Assembly: GCA_001687465.1 (NCBI GenBank)
Contig: LVLI01000192.1
Span: 1-64,000 of the forward strand
DNA from: Halocafeteria seosinensis
Lineage: Eukaryota
DNA: 64,000 bases
Reading direction: 5' to 3'
Shown: piece after piece, positions 52,073 to 61,300 of the stretch
Layout: each line of letters opens with the position of its first letter
How positions within the stretch are numbered: the stretch's first letter is position 1
The notes under the pieces: generated by a model
Told to the model about the DNA's origin: nothing
The model's input: only the letters and a program-made list of their open reading frames with translations
The model's database searches: none
Program-made: the position numbers and the translations under genes

Positions 52073-52164
52073 GCTCTATGAGGAACACACAGACATTCCA
52101 TGCTAAAGCTGACATGTCGTTGTTAAAGGGCAATATGTTGATTGAATGTTTATTTCCTGAGAGC
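52073..52164 (+). ncRNA. C/D snoRNA, snR53-like (18S Am796-equivalent)
   Basis: gctc/gagc stem, C ATGAGGA 52078, guide ATTCCATGCTAA 52095-106 complementary to 18S UUAGCAUGGAAU, D' CTGA 52109, C' ATGTTGA, D CTGA 52157. The D+5 rule gives the A of UUAGC. Confidence 0.85.
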
Positions 52165-52437
52165 GGAATGTCATAGCTCGTAGCACGGCGAAACTACCCG
52201 CTTCGGAGTTGTCTCTTTGACGTTCGATGATATTGCGGGACTCTCCTTGTGCGATACTGATGTCATGTCTTCGCGGTGTTACTAGGTTTCATTTGCCAAT
52301 TTGATTTCTAACCGAAGACAGGCGATAATGGGTTTCTAATTATGGTTATTCAGCGCAGGACCCCTTTATCTTTTTGGGTTGCTAATATTGTGGTAAGTAG
52401 CTGCTTCCGTTAGCGACGACATTGTCTTGGTAGCTCG

Positions 52438-52521
52438 GTCTATGATGAGATCCAACCAAAACTTAGCCGTTTACCCGGCAGACGACATTTTATGTCAGTG
52501 GTGATCATCGGTTCCTGAGAC
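52438..52521 (+). ncRNA. C/D snoRNA, SNORD87/U87-like (LSU GGGmUAAAC)
   Basis: gtc/gac stem, C ATGATGA 52442, guide GCCGTTTACCCG 52466-77 complementary to LSU CGGGUAAACGGC, D' CAGA 52479, D CTGA 52515. Confidence 0.85.
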
Positions 52522-52591
52522 TATGTTGTTTTTGCGTTATGAGTTGTTTCGGAGTTCCGAGGAGGAAAAATTTGGAATTACCGTCTGAGCA
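52522..52591 (+). ncRNA. C/D snoRNA, snR77/SNORD65-like (18S Um578-equivalent); C box unclear
   Basis: Guide TGGAATTACCG 52573-83 complementary to 18S CGGUAAUUCCA, then T and D box CTGA 52585. The D+5 rule gives CGGUmAAUU. C'-like AGGAGGA at 52560. Confidence 0.72.
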
Positions 52592-52700
52592 TGTGGCTTG
52601 TTCCCAATTTTCGGGTCATCCACTTGCGCCGGAAGACATCTGGCTGCCTGAGGAGCTCCTTAGAGTTTTCTGTTGTTCCCTTGAGCTTTTTCGTAGTTGT

Positions 52701-52788
52701 TGGAGGTGATGAAAGTACTGATTCCCCTACCAGAAGTTGTTTACCGACAATGTGGAAATTCAGTGACGCTCCAGTTTTTTCTGATCCA
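52701..52788 (+). ncRNA. C/D snoRNA, predicted LSU AGGmGGAAUC guide
   Basis: tgga/tcca stem, perfect C GTGATGA 52706, guide GATTCCCCT 52720-28, D' CAGA 52731, D CTGA 52781. Confidence 0.75.
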
Positions 52789-52955
52789 GTTGTTTGCGTT
52801 ACTTATCCGTCTGTACATGTTTTACGTATGGCTGCCTCTGCATAAATGCAGTGATCTAAACGCGAGACGTTCATAGCGACATCTTGGGAGATGCAGCAAA
52901 TGTAAGTTTCCAACGCCCCCCTTTTTTTCTTTTTCTTTTCTGTATTCCGACGCTG

Positions 52956-53051
52956 GTCCAAAGATTAACGAGAACGGGTAATTTACATCTGATGTACACT
53001 TCGCCTGTGTTATTTCCAAGTGACGAGAGGACTCTCTAAAAAAATGAGGAC
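52956..53051 (+). ncRNA. C/D snoRNA, U16(SNORD16)/snR87-like (18S Am484/Am436-equivalent)
   Basis: gtcc/ggac stem, variant C AAGATTA 52961 with D ATGA 53044, guide GGGTAATTTAC 52976-86, D' CTGA 52989, C' GTGACGA 53020. Confidence 0.78.
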
Positions 53052-53061
53052 AGTGTCTAAA

Positions 53062-53160
53062 GCACAAGGATGGCTCAGCAATAATCATGCGTGTCATATG
53101 AAGCCCCCTGAACGTTTTGTTTCGGAGGGGTTGGTGACTTGGCTATGCTAACCTGAGTGC
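53062..53160 (+). ncRNA. C/D snoRNA, double guide for U6 snRNA (Cm77 and Gm54 equivalents)
   Basis: gcac/gtgc stem, C AGGATGG 53067, guide TGCGTGTCAT 53088-97 + D' ATGA, an internal hairpin, C' TTGGTGA 53131, guide GGCTATGCTAA 53141-51 + C + D CTGA 53153. Confidence 0.8.
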
Positions 53161-53442
53161 AAGTTTACATATTGTTAACGCTACTTCGACGGTCGGTTCT
53201 CCGCCATATCCTACGCGGTCGGACCAACATTTCAACAACTTTTTGTAGCAATATAGAGCTGGCGTACAAATGGCCTCTCAATTAGTCTTTCTCCATTGTC
53301 AGAGGTTACCGCGTATGCCACATGCAACATGATGACTGTTTTCTTCTGTATTACCATGCAGGCATGTTTTACGACGCGGAAAGCGAAATGAAAATTCAAT
53401 AAACACTTCACGTCGCCTACAATGCCCTTATACAACTCGGGC

Positions 53443-56400
53443 CTATAGTAGTGCACCAAGAAACAGGTGTTCTTTTGTCAACACTTTACTTGGAAGCATT
53501 TTCTCTAGGTGTGTCGCTGATGCGTTGATCTCCTCGTCAGAGAACCTCATATTACGCCACAGCTTAGCTGGGGTGTGAATCAGCAACCGCGCTGGAGCTG
53601 GAAGGGCACTACTCTGATTTGTTTCCATGAGTGCCTCCGTTTGGGGGATTCGCATGGGTGAGCTAGAGACAGACTCTGCTTCCGGCAAATTTTGGGTGGA
53701 ATCATCGTTCTCTTCAGTGCTTTCTTTTTTGTTCTTATGTGCTATCAGCGCGTTTTCGCGAGCTTTCCAGTTTTTACTCCAAGCAGAGAAGAGTGCTGGA
53801 TTGTGCCAACCTTCGATTTCGGCTGCTGAAAAGCTACCAGAGTACAGCCGTTCATGCTGTGTTCCTTCCTCCTGGTAGTGCAAATGTTCGTTTCTAAATT
53901 TCTCGCCAAAAGCTTCAATACACATATCCGAATTAGAATCGATGCTACTCAACCATATTTCATCATAGGCTTTCAGCGGGTCTTCCAGTCCGACAACATC
54001 TCCCAAATGTTTTCGCCACAATCGCAACCTCAACTCTCGGACTGGGTTACAAGCTTGTACTGCACGTCCATCCATCGTTGAATCGACACGTGCAGACTGC
54101 TCTCGGGCTGAATTCTCCAAACCCCGCAGAGTTTCCACACTTATGGTTAAACAAGAAGACTCCTGCACGTTCTCCAGGTAGCCTATGCGCACAGCTATTT
54201 CCGAATCTCGAATTCCGTGTAGAGAACGGTCATTGATGTTAGCACTTCCTACAACAGCAAGCGTGTCATCGACAATCAAAGTCTTACTGTGGACATAGAT
54301 CTGCTCCAACATCAGGAGAGTGTCTTCCGGTTCTTCTATACATCCAAATAAATGTTCACGAATATCGGAAAGAGCAGCAGATGGATGGGATACCCGTTGT
54401 GTTTGTACTAAAGAGCAAATTGAAAGATACTTGCGCAGCTGTGCTTGTACAGAGCTCTCGGGGACGCCTACTCCCAGCTTCCTTTGAAGTGCTTTCCGTA
54501 CTGTAGGCACGAGGGCATTCTGGCCGATAAACAACGAGCGCAGTTGCCAATACAGCAGTATCCATAACACAACTGATTCTTCGGACTCTTCTGGAAGAGC
54601 TGGCAGCACGATAATCATTTTAAAGCTTTCTTCGTTCCGAATAGCTTTACATAAACGGGAGCAAAGCGCCTTCCCAACTCTGTTCAACGGTTCAGATGCA
54701 GAGAGTTTTGATTGGTCTTTCGTAATATCGGAGTCAAGCTTGCCCTCACCAAATGGGGACGCCAGACTGATGAAAAATTGATTTTCAACGTATACATAAG
54801 ACTCCGAATTTATAATTGCGTGCACCATTGCATCCTCGATGGAGTTTTCGGGGACTATTTCCTGCACTCCGGTGGACCAGTAAGAGACGGAGGAAAGAAC
54901 TTGCGCGGCACTACTGAAGCCTTCTCTTAAGGTCGACTCTTCGTCGCGACTCACGTGCCCATTCAACAACCAGGGAAATGAACACCCAAGAAGACTGGAT
55001 ACCGCCTTCGGCAGGTACCGGCGAAGATAAGCGACAGCCTCTTCTCTTGTCCAACTACCGCATCCAAATTGTGCTCCGCCCCGCGCATTGCCATGCTGGT
55101 GAAAATCACGAGGGTCATTGTCAACAATATCGCTCTGCGGAATAAGCATTGGGATTGTATTCTTTAAGTTCTGGAACCTGGACATGTCCACGAGGTGGTG
55201 GTTCCATCGCCGAATAAAGTGGAACCCCACGTCCAGGGCAGCCTGTCCACGAAGAAGAACAGCAACGTCTTGCCATGGCATGCGAGGAAATGTGGAGCCC
55301 CATTCCCCCGAAGGTACTTTCATTCTATTTTGTCCCTGGAGAGATGCTAGTTTAGCCTGAAGTCGCGGATTGTAAAATTCTTCCTCCCCTTGCCCTATCA
55401 AATCAGAAGTGGTACTGGTTTCAAATCTTCCAGGGCAAAGGTCAGCGCCTCCGACTATCGCTACACGTTGATCGACTACGACAATTTTTTCATGATGACT
55501 AAACGCTTTTTCAGTGACATCCTTCAGACTACTTGGGCCATGCCGAATCACATGAATGTTTGGAGATGCTGACTGTAACCGTTGGGAGGCGGTGTAGCTC
55601 TTGAGCTCGGGCAAAACATTCTCGTATTCGTGATACATTAATACCCAGACTTGTATGCTGTCTTCACAAGCAGGGTCGGCTCTGCTTTCAAGGATGTCAA
55701 GTAAGCTTACACTCTCCTTGCGTCGGTTGTCATCGCTGAAGGGAAGCAAAGACGTTCGTAACATCGGTAATTCTGGTTTGAGCCACCAATCTGTAATAAA
55801 TATCTCGCTCTGGGCCCCTAGAATGCACATTGCAATTGCATAATGAATTTCTTGCCCAGCAATTAGGGGTACAGCAAGATTCTTTAAGCGGAGAGGAAAT
55901 CCAGATCTGTGCGGAGAATGCCGAACGGCATCGATGAAATTGGAGCCATGGGTAGTATGTTTCCTCTTGTGTCGTCGCAAGTCCTTCAAGTAAGTACTAC
56001 AAACTCTCGTGGACTTATCCTCATGCTCTCGCTCTTGGCTATCTTCTTCACTCGAGGGAACACGGTACATGTCACTGATTGCTCTAATCCACTCCGCGAA
56101 GTCTCTGTTGTCCCGAGTAAAGACAACCAAGCACCTAGACCGATTGGTCAGCGCAATGGAACGCTTCCGCTTATCGTAGAAGACGCAAAACGCGTCGTCA
56201 ATAAGGAAAACCCCATGTTTTGTACCCTCTTGAACCCGCAGATGAGACTGTTGATTCGGTGGTAGCTGCGAGGGAGTTCTCCCCGATGGAACATGATGAG
56301 GGGGCTTGAGCCACACAATGCAACTATCTTTCAGGCAGAACCACCGTTTCCTCCAGGTGTCAATAGGTGCTTTCGAGCGACTGTATTCTCTACCACCACT

Positions 56401-56965
56401 TAACTTGTGTAGCCATCCCTCATGTCCTGTACATAGTAGTGCGTGTTATTTGGCTAAACGAGAAGTCCCCACAACCCGAGGGCGACATACCTTTTCTTCC
56501 CAAGCTCGCGTCGAAACTAATCACGCTGCAGCCAAAGAATTCCCAAGGTTTCGAACTTTCGTACCAAAACCTTTGCACATCAGCCAATTTCTGCAGGAAG
56601 TCCGGTAGTTGTTGGACGCGCTCTTCGATAACCTCGGGATTGAACCTCAATTTGAAGACGTGGCGTCGTGGTAAGAGGCCGTGCGGTCGACCGCCCCATG
56701 CGAACAATTTCTTATACGCATTGTACAGAGACAGAATTTCGTTGTAACGTCGATGAATCGTCCATCGTTGCCCGTGACAGTTGAGTTCCACCACCCAAAT
56801 CACGTAGCTGTCGCCTTCATCTGGAGAGCGTCTCCAAGCAATCGCCGTGACTTTTTCCACGGTCACAATATGGTACCCATGGACACTTCCGTATTGCTTC
56901 ACGGAGGACGGTGACTTGTAAGCTTTCGGAAGAGGCCCCTGTGGAATGCTCTGCTCGCTCCCCAT
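53443..56965 (-). CDS. PX-PH phospholipase D, copy B
   Basis: MGSEQS start, PX (WTIHRRYNEIL), PH (EGWLHKLSGG...WRKRWF), HKD1 SHHEKIVVVD, PRMPWQD, YVENQFF, HKD2 YVHSKTLIVDD...GSANINDRS. Intron 56427-56490. Confidence 0.93.
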
Positions 56966-57381
56966 TGTACAAGAAGAAAATGGGCTATAAACGCAGTACC
57001 TCACAGAGAACCCTCTTCTCTTGATGGCGCCTTCAGAGCGTAATTCAAGCCAGTTCAAGAGCCAAATGAGACTTTCCTTAGGGACATCCAAGTCCCTGCT
57101 CGGGGGGTCATCAAAGAGACAAAAGGCACATTGAGCAACACTTTTGAGATGAAAACACTACAAAACTGCGTTTCGGATATTTCCGAGGAGACAAACTTTT
57201 CATCGACCATAGTCGAAGGAAAGTTTGCCCTGTACTCATCCCACAGGATTAGGGCAGGAGGGCTTTGCTATCGTGTTTGTTTGCTTCTATTCCCCAAAAT
57301 AACACCGTGGGATGCGCTTCCTCATGTCCTTTTTCAGCCCACTATTGTAATCAGAGAAAACCCAGACCGATATCAGTCAAA

Positions 57382-57936
57382 ATGGAGATGGAAGATGGTG
57401 GACGAACCAGGAGGCTCTTGGGACAGGACGTAGATATGGGAGGACGAGGTGGCGCGTATGAGACCTTGGGAGATACCAGTGGTACTGGCCCTGCACCATG
57501 TGAGTTGTACAAAGCTATAACTGCTGGAGGTTGAGCTCGCTTAACTTCCTTGGTTCTGATCTGCAGCTGTTGAGGGCTGGATTGTGTTCGTCAGAGGAAT
57601 TCACGAAGAAGCAGATGAGGAAGATATAGTTGATAAGTTTGCCGAATACGGGGAAGTTAGAAATATCAATATGAATCTGGACAGGAGAACCGGTTTCGTC
57701 AAGGGATATGCTTTGCTGGAATATGCTGAAAAAGCTGAAGCAGAAGCTGCAATCAAGGGTATGAATGGAGTGGAGGTGTTGGGAAGACCCATAGATGTGT
57801 CCTGGGCTTTCGTTAAAGGTAAGTTCTATTCATCGTGATGCCTAATTCTCGTTGTGCTACAGTTGTATTTTCGCTATTGTTGTTTGCAGATGATACCAAG
57901 AGTGGTTCTGGTAGTGGCCGCAGAACGAGGCGGTAA
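57382..57936 (+). CDS. RBM8A: Exon junction complex RRM protein Y14
   Basis: [57 protein letters not shown]...VSWAFVK. Three exons. Confidence 0.95.
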
Positions 57937-58329
57937 GGAGTTGCCCCAACCAATACACAAGCATATCATTGCACACTGGATGATCACGGTCGCATCGGTA
58001 CAATGTGCTGTACTGCACAACACACACCATTATGAAGACTTAAAGCGTGGGTATCTCGTTTGTACCATTTGAGCATAAACTACAACTTCTAGATAGACGC
58101 AGCTGGAAGCTGCTTTTCGTAGACTCTCCATCAAAACCCACTCTATGCGTGTACTAACAGAGAATGAACTTCCGAGGTACCATGGTGCAAAATAAAGTAC
58201 AATGTGGCAGCTACTGTACCTTCGAGTCTTCAAGGGACCAGTTCCACCTTATCCGGGGACCTTGTTAATTGCACCTTTGGCAAAGTCTTGTTTTATGATA
58301 CAACTGGGAAAATAAAGAGAAGCAATAAT

Positions 58330-61300
58330 ATGGGTAATACAATCCCCACGGCACAAGCGCCTTCGGACGTGCATGCCACCCTCCAGGAAGAGCTCCCTCA
58401 GCTGGCTTTCGATAGTTATGTGGGGCAAGGCAAGTTTATGAAGTCTATGAAGTGTCCATCCAGCGAAGGGGGATCGGCACTCGTCAAGGTGTATACTCTA
58501 CCGCAATATGAGCAGCTATCAATCACGCGGCGGCGCTTTAAAGCAGCATTAGCGGGGAGAACCAGTCTGCCAGAGGAGCAACAGGAAGAGAATAGACAAG
58601 AGAAAACAAGCAGTAGTGCCGACCAGAGCTCCTCCCGCACAGATTCTCAAGCAGTAGCAGGAACTGGCAGTCCAAACACCTTGAAATCGTCGGCCTCAAA
58701 GGGCTCTAATCTTCTGAGAGTGGAGGGAGAACGCACTCCTACCCCCAGTTCTCCTGCGGCTTCCCTGCAGGAATCGCAGCATGGAGGAGGGAAACAAGAC
58801 CAAGGAGAGTCGGCCTCGTTGGTGCATTCTAAATCGGCAGCAGAGTTTATAGTGAGCAATGAACCGTGGTCAACTCAGTTCATGCAAGCGTGCAAACGGA
58901 TTAATGCTCTGTCGAAATGCTTCACGCTGACCAAGCAGCCAAGTGTGCTCCCTTACCAGTTTTACAGTATTGGAAGAAGACACAGTGTAGCTATTTTAGC
59001 GAGACAATTTCTTTCGAGTACTTTACATGACCGATTACATACAAGGCCTTTTCTTACTTCGATTGAAAAAAGATGGGTAGCCTATCAACTTCTCTGTACC
59101 CTCGTGCAATGTCACACCGCGGGAGTATGCCATGGTGACATAAAAACGGAGAACATTGGAATGACTAGTTGGGGTTGGATCCTCCTTACTGATTTTGCAT
59201 CGTTCAAACCTCCTTACTTACCAGAGACCGGGGATTTCGACTACTTTTTCGACCCTGAAGGAAGAAGGAGATGCTACCTTGCACCGGAACGATTTCTTCA
59301 GCAAGACAAAGAACAGAATGCAGAAGCGAATGCCGTATCGGCATCAGAATACAATCAGCACCATGAAAATGAGTCTTATACGTATGGCCCGGAACAGAGC
59401 GCGGCACGTGTCCTACTGGGAAATGCCATCGATATGTCTGCCGGACATTTTGACTCCCTCCATTCTCTTCTCGATGCTGTAACTGGGGCAACAAAATCAT
59501 TTCAGCGGCCGATGCACCCATCAAGCAATGAAGAACGTCAGGACTCCAACGATCGTACGGCATCCTCGAGCGGAGATCGAAACATTTGGCCTGGTCCAGC
59601 CGAAGCATCTGACCCTAGACTACTTCCGTCTATGGACATATTTTCAGCTGGATGCTGTATTGGGGAGCTGTTCATGGAAGGCAAATCTGTACGAAACTTA
59701 GAAAATCTATTTGATACTAGGAGGAACGAGACCGGTACTCGGCTCTCTGAGAACAGCCCCGCTTATACCCTACAGAATGTTGTTGACAACAAACTGGTGG
59801 TAGAGCTAGTTTTGAGAATGACTCAGATGTCTCCGGCTCGTCGAGGTTCTGCGCTAACCTATATTCACGATTACACTGGTCCTGATAATCTGTTCCCACC
59901 ATCATTCGTGACATGCTTGTTCCCATTTTTCTCTTCTTTGATGCAATCGTCAATGGTCTCTCCCGACTATCGGGCGAAAGCTATATGCGAGGCATATCCT
60001 TGGCTGCTCGCTGAAATAACGGGAACCAGTGATCCAGTGGGAGAGCTTTATTTTCGCCGAAGGCTGGCACTAGAACACTACTCAACTTTGGAACGAACCT
60101 CTTTCGCATCTGAAGATACGTCTTGGGAGGAAGGTAACGAAGGCAGTGGTAACGGTCTAGTCGATGGAGGAGCTAGCTTCAAACATATGAAGGAAAAGCA
60201 GGACTGGATTACTTGGGAATGGATGGATGGTCATACCACTAGTGCAGATCGCGGCCCCGGAACGGAATCGTCCGCTAGTGGCTGGTTAAGCAGCGCTCCT
60301 CCGTGGGGCCTCTACGAACAATGGCAGCCTGCGGCGGTTACATCGCGAAGGCTCCTCAATCTGAGGGAACAAGTTGGAGCAAAATACTTTCAAGCGGTAT
60401 CAACTGAAGAAGTTGAATCAACTGCTGGTGTCCCTGGTCCTGAAGAGTATAGTGACAACGAAAGTCAGGGCTCGTCCCCGGCAAGTCCTTCACCGGGCGT
60501 TTCCTCTAGACCCTTGTTTCAAGACAACGCTGTTATTTTACCCTCTCATCGCGCACATGCTGAAGCTGTCACTATGGTAATTGTTCTTCTTTGTTCATGT
60601 GCACGCCATGTTACTTCCCCTACGCTGCGAGTTACCTCTCTTGCTTTACTTGGTCGCTTTGGCGCAATGAAGTGTACCCCAGATGAAGTCCGACTTCAGA
60701 GGATAATTCCATACGCTGTGGATCTTTTCCGCGATCCATCCAGTCTAGTTCGATCTCACGCAGTGATGGTGGTTGCTGCAATGCTCCAGCAAGTGCGTTC
60801 ATTCCCGCCTTCTGATTCTGGCATTGTGCTGAAGTATATTATTCCTGCCTTGAATAATCTCCCAAATGATCCAGAACCCGTGGTGCGAGCTGCGTGTGCC
60901 GCTGCTATTCCCAGGATTTCCGCTGCCGCCAGAAGATTCGTAGAAACAGAACAGTGGAACGAACAATTAGCTGCACTAGAGCGGTTAGACCCAGAAAATA
61001 GTGAGCTATCCCAACAGAAAGTGAGTGATACGGAGCAACAATCTAGCAGTGAGACTTCAGTTTCCATTATTAACGGACCAGGAGAGGAAGAGTCAGAAAG
61101 AGTGAATTCAGAGGAAAATATGGAGGGTCGGTATTCTCCTTCGAAAAATCTTCGTTTCCGGTACTCTTTTGAATATCGATTGAGAGAGTTACAAATGCGA
61201 ATGAAGTCGTTGCTGCATTTATGGATGAGCTCGTTGAACGGAATGCAAGGACAGGATCCTTTGGGAGCCTCATCATCCAATAGCAAAGGAGATGGAGGGT

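Larger units (their letters stand above)
51180..53410 (+). ncRNA. Putative spliced non-coding snoRNA host gene
   Basis: GT-AG introns at about 51186-51668, 51710-51997, 52040-52358, 52393-52851, 52902-53248 and 53313-53361. Exons are 34-64 nt with no ORF. AATAAA at 53398. The long introns contain snoRNA candidates. Confidence 0.65.

Noticed and set aside
52020..52200. Hammerhead-ribozyme look-alike (CTGACGA ... CGAAA)
   Set aside because: The CUGANGA bases are consumed in the external stem around the snR53-like snoRNA, and no stem II/III geometry or cleavage triplet fits.
52216..52325. Two hairpins (tgacgt/atgtca; tgtcttcg/cgaagaca) suggesting another H/ACA RNA
   Set aside because: No H box, ACA spacing is non-canonical and no target was identified. 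Left uncalled.
53329..53361. Perfect C box ATGATGA
   Set aside because: It lies in a 49-nt intron next to the 3' splice site, with no D box or guide.
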